Assembly: GCA_964016885.1 (NCBI GenBank)
Contig: OZ024743.1
Span: forward strand, 348,874,001-348,938,000
DNA: 64,000 bases
From: Eledone cirrhosa
Lineage: Eukaryota
Direction: 5' to 3'
This document shows, piece by piece, positions 1 to 11,834 of the stretch. Numbering within the stretch: position 1 is the first letter of the stretch; each line of letters begins with the position of its first letter. Both the position numbers and the translations under genes were made by a program. The notes beneath the pieces were generated by a model. It made no database searches, was not told where the DNA came from, and saw only the letters and a program-made list of their open reading frames with translations.

Positions 1-488
1 GAATTTGAACTCAGACCGTAAAGGGCCGTAACTCAATGCGTCAAAGCATGGCGTCCAACCCTCTACCGATACTGCCAATCCACCGCCCCCATTGTGAAAT
101 AATTGTTTCTACTTTTGGCACAAGGCCAGCAATTAATCAATGCATTACTGGTACTTTATTCTATCGACCCCGGAAGGATGAAAGGCAAAGTTAACCTCGG
201 CGGGATTTGAACTCAGATCATACAGGGAGGTAACTCTATGCTTCAAAGCATGGCGTCCAATCTTCTACCGATACTGCCAATCCACCGCCCCCATTGTCAA
301 TTAATTGTTTCTACTTTAGGCACAAGGCCAGCAATTACCCAGTGCATTACTGGTACTTTATTTTATCGACCCCATAAGGATGAAAGGCAAAGTTAACCTC
401 GGCGGGATTTGAACTCAGACTGTAAAGGGACGTAACTATGCTAGAAAGCATGGCGTCCAACCCTCTACCGATACTGCCAATTCACCAT
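1..488 (-). mobile_element. Three head-to-tail copies of a tRNA-derived SINE (1-90 partial, ~102-292, ~303-488)
   Basis: Minus strand shows A-box TGGCAGTATCGG, B-box GAGTTCAAATCCC, central GCCTTTCATCCTT.CGGGGTCGATAAAATAAAGTACCAG and 3' CCTTGTGCC.AAAGTAGAAACAATT; period ~200 bp. Confidence 0.9.
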
Positions 489-856
489 TGTCAAATAATG
501 GTTCCAGATATGTTAAAATTTGCATAAACTCTCAATCATTCCCTTTATAATCTTCCCGTCATTTTTTATTTCTAAAAGCGGGGACGTGGTATTTGAATTA
601 ACGAGGGTGCCAAGTTTCTGTTCCAATGACATAATCATTAGAGGTGCCTCGTGGCAGTTGTTCCCACTTTAAACGTTCTGCGTTCCATTCGTACCAAGAT
701 CAAGTTTGTTTTTCAACTTTCCAGAATTGATGAAATAAAGTCAGGTAATGGAGTCGATTTAATTCACTTTCTCATCCTGGCTTTATGCGTACATTAGAAA
801 CCATTATTATGTTTCTTAGGATTAATATTAATAGCATTATATTATAATAATTATTA

Positions 857-1053
857 GGGCGATGATTTGGCAGTATCGGTAGAGGACCGGACGCCAAGCT
901 TTATGATATAAGTTCAAATCCCGCCTAGGTTAACTTTGCTTTTCATCCTTACGGAATCGATAACATAAAGTACCAGTCACGCTCTGGGGTCGATTTAATC
1001 GACATTCCCCTCCCCCCAAAATTGCTGGCCTTGTGCCTATATAAGAAACAATT
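857..1053 (+). mobile_element. tRNA-derived SINE copy (a more decayed copy lies at ~680-810)
   Basis: Same A-box, B-box, central box and 3' end, followed by an ATT-rich tail. Confidence 0.85.
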
Positions 1054-1512
1054 ATATTATAATAATCATTAACAACATTGATAATACCATTATTATAGTC
1101 ATTATTATAATTACTAGTTGTTCTTTACATACTGAGTACTTAACCTTGTATCTGTAAATACAGAACGAAACAATCATAAACACATTCAATAGAGGAGTGC
1201 CATATTTAATGATATAATCAATTTAGTGATTATACATCATGATTTTAATTTTCATATTCAGGAAATATGCACAATCATCTGATGATAAAATACGACTGCC
1301 TCACAACGTGAAAAATGTGGTAACGTAGAATATGTTGTCTTTTCAATGCTGGTCATGGCTTCTGGGCTTACATGATGGGATTAAGTTGAATGGTTGTGTG
1401 TTATCGTGTGATGATCATTCAGATTTTCTTAATATGAAATTTAAAGTCACGATATACATTTACTCAAAGGAATAGAAGATTAAATATACTTATATATACA
1501 TACATTTATATA

Positions 1513-1557
<45 letters not shown>

Positions 1558-1570
1558 ATGTGTGTGTGTT

Positions 1571-1609
<39 letters not shown>

Positions 1610-1777
1610 ATATATTTATATATAAATGCATATTACAAAAGATGTTCAAAGTTCGTGAATATCTTATGAAAAGTGATTTCCTATACAATTTTTAATCTGT
1701 TTCTGTGTCGTCTATTAAGCAAATGCCTAAATCAATGATCATGTGCACTGATATGTTCATATATAGAGTATAAATGG

Positions 1778-2258
<481 letters not shown>

Positions 2259-2362
2259 AATATATATATATACCATTCTGTAGACTTAATAGGAGATATC
2301 GCAAGACATTTGAACCAATATATTCTGAAACATAGCACCTCAAATTGCACGATAAGGAAACA

Positions 2363-2546
2363 TAATTGTTTCTACTTTTGGCACAAGGCCAGCAATTACC
2401 CAGTGCATTACAGTACTTTATTTTATAGACCCCGTAAGGATGAAAGGCAAAGTTAACCTCGGCTGGATTTGAACTCAGATCATAATACAGGGAGGTAACT
2501 CTATACTTCAAAGCATGGAGTCCGACCCTCTACCGATACTGCCAAT
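2363..2546 (-). mobile_element. tRNA-derived SINE copy
   Basis: Matches the SINE family at 102-292. Confidence 0.9.
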
Positions 2547-3059
2547 ACATGGAAAAATAATGACAGCATTGTAAAGAACCTAAAGTAAAATTTAAAAAAG
2601 AGATGTTGATAAACCTATATTAGCGGTAAAAATAAAACGGGGAATGAGAGATTGCTTACAAATACAATAAAGCATAACATTGTACAAGATTAAAAGGACA
2701 AATTTCAAATAATTTTCCAATAATTATAAAAAGAAATGTCAATTCTCAAATATTTTTGTGTTCACGAAATGTCCATTAAAAATATTTAGTTACAGCAGAG
2801 GGGCTTTTCAAAAAGTAAAAGTTAATTTGAAGAATTCGGAATATGATATTGATAGAACTTGAAGGAATTCATTGAAAAATCCAATCGTTAAAATTACAAC
2901 AATCTCAGCGTATTGCTATGATAACTTTCAGGGGAAAAAGTTGTTTTCCAGTCGAAATTTTGAAATCAGCACTTTATTAGAATTTACATATTTAAGAGGA
3001 GGATGCCACTATTTTGAAAGGTATTATACATACATACATTCATACGTACATACATACAT

Positions 3060-3105
<46 letters not shown>

Positions 3106-3106
3106 T

Positions 3107-3152
<46 letters not shown>

Positions 3153-4006
3153 CATATACATAAACACATTTGCCCATACACATATACATATATATATATA
3201 TCGACAAACTCGAGAATTTGTACTATATATATATAAAAATATTCAAATATTGTATATATGTATAGCTTCAGAATAAGAATAGACAAATACAGAGGTACAA
3301 ATACACAAACTTTTATTAATTTGAAACTTGTGTATAATATACATACTTATGTACATCAAGGCAGATGATTCCAGAAAAATAATCCTTTTTTATCATGCAA
3401 CAGCTCTACTCTACCAAAACCCCCAATCACCACTATATTATGCACAACGAAATGTCATTAGAATAACATAACACTTGCAACCGACGAACTTCTAAAACAA
3501 TTATTTTCAAACTGAATTTAGAAACCAGTGAAAAAAAATCTTAATAAAAAAAATCTTTAATAAGAATAATAGAAAACAAAAAAAAGGAACAACAAAATAA
3601 AAAGCATTACACGAAAAGCAACAAAGCAGCTGCAGTGATGTAATCAAATTAAAAATAAAAATTTAAATGTTGAATACGGTGCAAGAAGCAAAAAGTTGCA
3701 TCTGCACTTATAATTATAGAAAGTGTGTTTAATTGAAGATTGTGTTACCGATTCTTAATGAGTTGGTATTAATAATCCCCTGCTAGTAGTGTTGCTGGCT
3801 GATATATAGGGTGTACTGTGACATAAGACAGAATCAGAGATTGCACATACACTCATCTCTATCTCCCATTCACTCTCTCCCTCTCTTTCTCATTCAAGAA
3901 GTATATATTCATATTCCATTCAATCAAGGTCGAAAGGTCGATATGTATGTGCATATGCACGCGCACACAAATATATACATATATATATATATATCTAAAG
4001 TATATA

Positions 4007-4084
<78 letters not shown>

Positions 4085-4420
4085 TGTGTATCGTATACAT
4101 ATGCACGCAACAAAGCACATACATTTAGACACATGAATAGTGCGATTCTAGAAACGGTAGTGTTTCATTTAAAATGCATTATACTATTAATTTACGCCCA
4201 CTTATGAATTATCTAATGACAAAACTTGCCGAGGTCATTGCCTTTGAAAATACGTTTATTCATCAAGGATCAATAAAATATTTAAAAGTAATTTTTTTTG
4301 TTTTTCAACCAATATTTAACATCCCGATTCATTAAATCTGAAAATTCAACCGCATATAAGTAATACATTTATTTACATGTAGTTGACAACGTCCATCCCC
4401 TCTCAAGTATATATACATAC

Positions 4421-4496
<76 letters not shown>

Positions 4497-4498
<2 letters not shown>

Positions 4499-4726
4499 CG
4501 TTTCTGAATTTGTTTAGCAAGATTCTTTATCTGAAATCGTGTGTTGAAACCGATATTGTTATACTTTGGGAGGGTCATGCTGCCAATAAGAAACACACGC
4601 ACCAGTTGTTTTCACTTCAATTTATTATATATTTATAAATTTATAAATATATAATAAATTGAAGTGAAAGCAACTGGTGCGTGTGATTCTTATTGGCAGC
4701 ATGACCCTCCCAAAGTATAACAATAT
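4497..4726. repeat. (TA)n-flanked foldback element, palindrome 4553-4726
   Basis: Arms are reverse complements centred at 4639/4640; a diverged single copy of the arm lies at ~6132-6197. Confidence 0.85.
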
Positions 4727-4789
4727 ATATATATATATTTATATATATATATATATGTGTGTCTGTGTGTGTGTATGTGCAAAACTTAA

Positions 4790-4910
4790 ATGAAACGACG
4801 ACACATCAAACGATACAGTACACTGAAAATATATATTAGTTTAACGCTTGATATATTTGGAAAAGGGTCTTAATATTCCTGGTGATAGTCCTTCATAAGA
4901 AGTTAGAACG
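4790..4910 (-). mobile_element. Decayed PLE-type 3' terminus, homologous to 52540-52640
   Basis: Shares TATATTAG.TTAACGCTTGATATA...GGTCTTAA...TAGTCCTTCAT with 52567-52632; HHR core is mutated here. Confidence 0.6.
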
Positions 4911-6249
4911 AAAAATAAAATAAGAAACAGAAGGATAGAGGAGAGTGAGAAACGTCATTATACATTCTTTATATACACGCTCATATACATACTTTTCTAA
5001 TCGGCACTTCGGTCATAGCAGAGTGCGGAACATTTATCAATTGACTTTATCAATGTTATTCTCTATTCTTTCTATTCTCTTCAACGATTTGATCCTATAA
5101 ATGAGACATAGTCCATTCACATTGTTTTCCAGCTAATTTTGAATTTGCCCTTGCCCTTTTGTACTCGATGATCCGGTCTCTTTGATTGTAGCGGAGAACT
5201 ATATGCGGTGGATGAATTATTGAGAGATTCTCTCCAGTTTTTTAGGATCTCACATGTGGGACACATTCTTAATTTTCCGATTATTCCGCCTTTGAACTGT
5301 TAAAATTGATATTGTCTGAATCTCTTAAACTCCGGATGTTTAGAAATTTGGATGTCATAGGTTTTGTAAAATTAAACCAACAGTCAATAGAATGCGAAAG
5401 TGATATAGCAACATTCCCACTAATGATGAATGCAAAAATATTATGAAAAGTAAACAGAAGATACAAAGGAGTATACAAATACTCATAAACCCACACCCAA
5501 TCAAATGCAGGAATAGACTTGTAAATTTCTAGTGACGAATCAGAGAGAAACTGTTGTATGACACATAAGAATGGACGCACAAACAGACAGAATGACAAGC
5601 GTAAGAAATACCAACAAATGCCTACAGTTACCAATGTGAATGCATAAGTAAAGAGACATGAAACGTGGTGAAATATTTGGTGGATCGTACAAAAGAAAAA
5701 TATATGTACAGCGCTATGGAGACAAACATAGATGCACACATAAACATCTAGCAGGAGAACTACGATATAAACACCGTCACACACATGCAAACACCTACAT
5801 TCACATATTCACACACAAAGAAAAAAATGTGCAGATGTAGCAATACATACATACATGCAAACATACGCATATGCCAAAATACAGTCGACCTACACATACA
5901 CACATCATAACACACACATCAAACACATAATCCCCCACACACGCATTTGAATATTATGACGCCACACATGTAGGCGTATATCACAACCACACCACATCAC
6001 ACAAGTAACAAAATGAGGCGGGTATAGCAATATCAAAATGAGGAAGACACTCAGACGAGCTAGTATGGTCATTGTGAAGATCACAAGAAATGGGCAAAGT
6101 AGTGCAATTCTGAACTAATCTTATAAGAAAAATCGAAGTGAACCGCAATTGGTGCGTCTGATTTTATTGGCAGCAAGTCTCTCCAAAATATAACAAAGAC
6201 ATCCTGAATCATGCAGAACAAAAGCGATATATATATACATATATTTACT

Positions 6250-6353
6250 ATATTCGAAATATTTACTACTACGTTCACAGATTAATTTTTTTTTTTCAGA
6301 AGATCATGTTACGGGTGAAAGCAGCGATTATTTGCTTAAAGTTTAATCTGTTG

Positions 6354-6391
<38 letters not shown>

Positions 6392-7592
6392 TATATCCGT
6401 GTACAGATATTGTTGGATACGCAGTAACAAAATATAAATAAAAGTATTTATTTCGCGATAATGTATTGATTTTCTTCGCACAGAAAATATATGAACGACG
6501 TAAAATAAGAAAATTTTAAAAATTAAAAATCAACTTACTTACTAAGATGTTCGCTCCAACTAATTAGTTTCTGTAAGGGGATAAATATAGTTACATAATA
6601 TAACTATAGAGTGTCACGTGATTGATTCTTTAGAATCTGCCACTGACCAGAGAGAGTGAATTTTTTCAGTGCTCCGGAATTTAGTCCTCGCTAGCTTTAT
6701 TCCATCCACTGAATTATTATTATTTTTATATGGGTTCCTAGTGTCTGCGCATCGCTTGGGAACTTAGCTGAGAATAGACTCCCGATGACGTAAGGAATTC
6801 TCTATAGTTATATTATGTAACTATATTTATCCCCTTACAGAAAGTAATTAGTTGGAGTGAAAATTTTAGTAAGTTGATTTTTAATTTTTAAAATTTTCTT
6901 ATTTTACGTCTTTCATATAATTGTTCTGCATCCCCCAGCATAAAACCACAAAGGTACTAAGATATAACATATATATTTGCTAGCATAGGTGAACATCTGT
7001 ACACATATGTTGGTAAATGTACTAATTCTATATATATATATATATATATTCGTGTACAGATATTTTTGCATACACAATAACAAAATATAACAAACATATT
7101 TATTTAACGAGGCTCGATATGGATGAATATATATCATTTTTGCATACACAGTGTCAAAATATAAACAAAATTATTTATTTCGCGATAAAGTACTGATTTT
7201 CTTCGCACGGAAAAAACCCTGTTAATCTAATACGAAGTTTTTTATAAGCACAAAATATAGACACCATCCCGAGGCCGAGGTATTCCGTACTTCTCTGTAT
7301 TGTTATATATATATATATATATATATATAATTATATATTCGTGTACAGATATTTTTGCATACACAATAACAAAATATAAACAAACGTATTTATTTCACGA
7401 GGCTCGATAAGATAAATATATATCAAATATATAAGAACCCTAGAGCAAATCCCGAGGAACGGCGGGCCATTCTGATAGTATTTATTAAAATAACAGATTA
7501 AATTTTAAGCAAAGAATCGCTGCTTTCACCCTTAACGAGATCTTCTGAAACTAAAAAAATCAATCTGTGAAGGCAGAAGTAAATATTTCGAA
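6250..7592. repeat. Nested inverted repeats: outer arms ~6253-6360 / 7484-7592, inner arms 6497-6611 / 6800-6910, plus repeated GTGTACAGATATT...ACAAAATATAA modules
   Basis: Direct reading of reverse-complement arms; a related fragment recurs at ~7988-8062. Confidence 0.75.
6778..6858 (+). ncRNA. Hammerhead-like motif with extended stem II
   Basis: CCGATGA-c-GTAAGG...(TATAGTTA/TAACTATA hairpin)...CCTTAC-a-GAAA-GTAATTAG-TT-GGAG; the inverted arm preserves the palindromic stem III ACTAATTAGT; stem I is off by one nucleotide. Confidence 0.5.
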
Positions 7593-8085
7593 AAACGTTG
7601 CGACTGAAAGAAAACAGGAAGTCAATACTTTGGTTCGTGAAGATGTTCCCTGGCAATGAACTGAAAAGAGCGAAGATAATACGTCGTTATGTGGAACGTG
7701 AGAACAATTACTCGCAAAGACAGAACCATGTTTATTGTATAAATGGAATCGTAGACTAATATTCTATTTAGGAAACCGAATGAGTATCGGCTTCAGAGTT
7801 AAGAATAAAGTAAATAAGTTAGTAGAATGAAAATGACAGAGGTTATTAAAATAAATAAAAACTAAAATATACATACACACATCAATATACGTACATACAC
7901 GTGCATACACGAAAACACCCACCATACATAAACCCGCGTAACATCTGTACCCCCACACATGGAAACCAAATACACATAAAAAAATAACTTTAATCTGTTA
8001 TTTTAATAAATATTTGCTCTAGGGTTCTCATATATTCGATACATATTTATCCTCATTGAGCCTTCTTTGGATTTTAGTCTTCAAA

Positions 8086-8142
<57 letters not shown>

Positions 8143-8147
8143 AATAT

Positions 8148-8180
<33 letters not shown>

Positions 8181-9089
8181 GATAATAATGGAGCTGCGGC
8201 GTTGCAAATGGGTTACATATGAAAAAGTTTGTCCTTCACCAGTGGCCTTCCAACCGTCACAGGCATTTCATCGCTTTAAAGGCCATATACCTCAGGTTGG
8301 TGCGAGCAACGGCTAAAAAAAGTCGTTGGGACACGTAAATAAAGGGGACGCTAGGGTAAACAAACAAAATGGTTTAAGCAACAGAAAGTGATGAAGAAAG
8401 AGACAAGTCCCAGATTTCTATGAATATAAATTCGGTGGAATCGTGAACGAGAGAATAAAGACCATCAGACCTGGTTGAAATGTGAGCAAGGAAGGAATTT
8501 CGCACAGGTCTAACGGGAGGAAGAAGGGGTCTGGTCTGCGAATTCGGTAAACATAGAGTTCTGTGAAGTCGCAGACGAGAGAGAGAGAGAAAAAAAAATC
8601 ATACCGGCTTGGCCAAGAGCGCGCGAGAAAAGAATACGGACAGGTCAAACGGGAAGAAAGGGGAGTAGGAGAGGTAGTGACAGAGAATGAGTGAGTGAAA
8701 GATGAGGAAGAGGCTAACAGAAAGAGAGAGACTGCTAGAAAGGGTAAAGATACAAAGAACGAAACAGACGGGTACCAGCAGAGGAAAAAATATATGTGTA
8801 AATATGTTAATAATGGGGCTGCGGCGTTGCAAATGGGTTACATAATGTGTAATGCTCTACCTCAAAATACGTTTTGATTCCGACAGCAGCTTCTTCCTTT
8901 AAGACCAAACTAATATTGTAAAAATTTAGCACATAGTGCTAGGAGATGCCTTTTTCAAATGGGCCCGTCACGTGCTATTTGACTTACAAGATGGCAAGTA
9001 ATAAATGGATTGTTGGCAAGCAAACAGAGTCCTTAGAAATAGCAGTTCTTTTGAACGTTTTTCACTCACCGTATAGAGATTATAACAAA

Positions 9090-9280
9090 TAATTGTTTCT
9101 ACTTTTGGCACAAGGTCAGCAATTACCCAGTGCATTACTGGTACTTTATTTTATCGACCCTGTAAGGATGAAAGGCAAAGTTAACCTCGGCGGGATTTGA
9201 ACTCAGAATGGCAAGGGCCGTAACTCTATGTGTCAAAGCATGGCGTCCGACCCTTTACCGATACTGCCAATCCACCGCCC
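9090..9280 (-). mobile_element. tRNA-derived SINE copy with target-site duplication
   Basis: Full SINE; GAGATTATAACAAATAAT is repeated at ~9076 and ~9297. Confidence 0.9.
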
Positions 9281-9341
9281 TTATATACATATAACCGAGA
9301 TTATAACAAATAATGATAGATACATGCATATATATATATAT

Positions 9342-9783
9342 ATAAATTAATAAAGTAATAAATAAACAAAGAAACAGTTCCTTATATTAAAAAAATTCAC
9401 CATTTTACGATCGTTTCTAGGATATATATGTGTTAGTGTTGGTATGCATATTCTATAGATTATTTATGAAGACAGCATATATATGTGTAGGTATGTATAT
9501 TCCCTCTGATAGTTTGTATACATATTTTACATAGATCTATAGAATATGCATACCAACACTAACACATACATATCCTAGAAACGATCGTAAAATGATGAAT
9601 TTTTTTAATATAAGGAACTGTTTCTTTGTTTATTCATTACTTTATTAATTTATCATGACTCTGTTTTCCGTTAATTTTCACCGAAAATAGTTTTTGAATG
9701 CATCTTCTCTTTTCATGATATCCGGATTACATTGAGTTCTTCATACGGATTGGACACAACCGTAAATTTTTGGTAGATTTATC

Positions 9784-9785
<2 letters not shown>
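9342..9785. repeat. (TA)n-flanked foldback element, arms 9342-9460 / 9535-9653, carrying the 3' half of an HHR
   Basis: Reverse-complement arms around a 74-bp spacer; TAGAATATG...CATATCCTA-GAAA-CGATCG-TA present, CUGANGA core absent (truncated). Confidence 0.75.
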
Positions 9786-9820
<35 letters not shown>

Positions 9821-9849
9821 GTAAGTACATAGATACATACAAATGTACA

Positions 9850-10129
<280 letters not shown>

Positions 10130-10425
10130 CATATAAATATATATATATATATACGTTATTAATAAATGGAAACTATGATTATAAAACCATATCTATTTTG
10201 TTATACATATTTCAAGGATACCATGTTAAATTATGGTATGCTTTCATCAGACAAAATATAATATATACCAGTTTTATAAATAAATATTGACATACCCTTT
10301 CAAAAGCGACCGTTACTTTTGGAAGACATCAGGGATATATTTACTCCAAATACTTGTCGAGTGCTTTATATCAGTTATAAAAATATTTGCTTGTTGTATC
10401 CCAACAATTTAAATAGAACTTTTGC

Positions 10426-10557
<132 letters not shown>

Positions 10558-11070
10558 TATTTGGATTCGTTTCATCATGAAATGCTAAGCTGTAACATTC
10601 TATACGCAACTGTTGCCCATACAATCAAAATTAGGTTCACAACAAGAATAATTTGTAATTAGATAAACATTTGTTCTCTACAGATGACCTTAACTAGTAT
10701 TGCAAGGGATTTTCTAATAATATACTTTCATAATTAATATACATCCACTTTTCTTCTAAATAATTTTAAGTATCTGAAATCCATATGGTTACACATGTCA
10801 CTACTATATCGCTTGCACAGTTATCTTATTTTGAGATGTGATTTCCATTTACTCTGTTGTATGACTGATGATTACTTTTCCAGTTTACAAAAGAATCGTA
10901 AATACCTAATTCTATTAACTTTATTAAAACATCTTAGAATTTGTTAAGCTAGCCTAATCCCAGAGATCTTTTGTAATTAACTCCATGATAACTCTATACT
11001 ACGACAATTTCAACTTAATCTAATAATATAACACACACGCAGACGCACACACATATATATATATATATAT

Positions 11071-11438
11071 TAATAAGAGGAATTTCAACTTTGTCTGATT
11101 TACTCGTTTTATTTACAATCCTTTAAAATTTATAATGGTATTATAATGAAATAGTATGATAGAATATTAAATTCCAAGTGTTAATTGAACAAGTACTTTC
11201 ATGCTTTCGCAATCTTCAGGTTCATAATATGTGGTGACTTATTATGAACCTGAAGATTGCGAAAGCATGAAAGTACTTGTTCAATTAACACTTAGAATTT
11301 AATAATGTATCATACTATTTCATTATAATACCATTATAAATTTTAAAGGATTGTAACTAAAACGAGTAAATCAGACAAAGTTGGAATTCCTCTTATTAAT
11401 ATAATCTTCTATACACAATCATTCACACCCGTGATTAT

Positions 11439-11440
<2 letters not shown>
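11071..11440. repeat. (TA)n/(TATC)n-flanked foldback element, arms 11071-11228 / 11241-11398
   Basis: ~158-bp arms with a 12-bp spacer; contains an HHR motif. Confidence 0.85.
11245..11283 (+). ncRNA. Minimal type-I hammerhead ribozyme motif (mirror copy on minus strand ~11186-11224)
   Basis: TGAAC-CTGAAGA-tTGC(gaaa)GCAt-GAAA-GTAC-TT-GTTCA: stem I TGAAC/GTTCA, canonical CUGANGA and GAAA, palindromic stem III AGTACT. Confidence 0.7.
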
Positions 11441-11470
<30 letters not shown>

Positions 11471-11475
11471 ATATA

Positions 11476-11538
<63 letters not shown>

Positions 11539-11540
11539 TT

Positions 11541-11832
11541 TTGTATACATACATACATATATGTATACAGACGTACAGTAGTATGTATATACATACATAC
11601 ATATGTATATGTGCATGTATATACATACATGCACACATATATATGTATGTACGTATGGGTTTACCGAACATTTATTATAAAGTTCGGTTTGTTTGTAACC
11701 AAACAACCCGAATTAAGCCGTACAGTGTTTGGCAACCATCGTTGCCATTTTGTTCAACACTAACAAAGGAACGATGAACTAGTTTCTAGCTTATTAGCAG
11801 TCATTATCACCGTATACCTTCCTATCAATCGA
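11541..11832 (-). repeat. Diverged solo copy of the 45.5-47.2 kb tandem unit, HHR core decayed
   Basis: Shares TTTTGTTCAACACT.AC..AGGAACGATG.ACTAGTTTC.AGCTT.TTAGC and the upstream hairpins; core reads ATAATGA instead of CTGATGA. Confidence 0.8.
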
Positions 11833-11834
11833 TT

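Noticed and set aside
1279-1320. CTGATGA possible hammerhead core (also ~10865)
   Set aside because: No stem II followed by GAAA and no stem I pairing found.
5281-5790. 169-aa minus-strand ORF
   Set aside because: Low-complexity composition derived from decayed CA/TG repeats; no recognisable motif.
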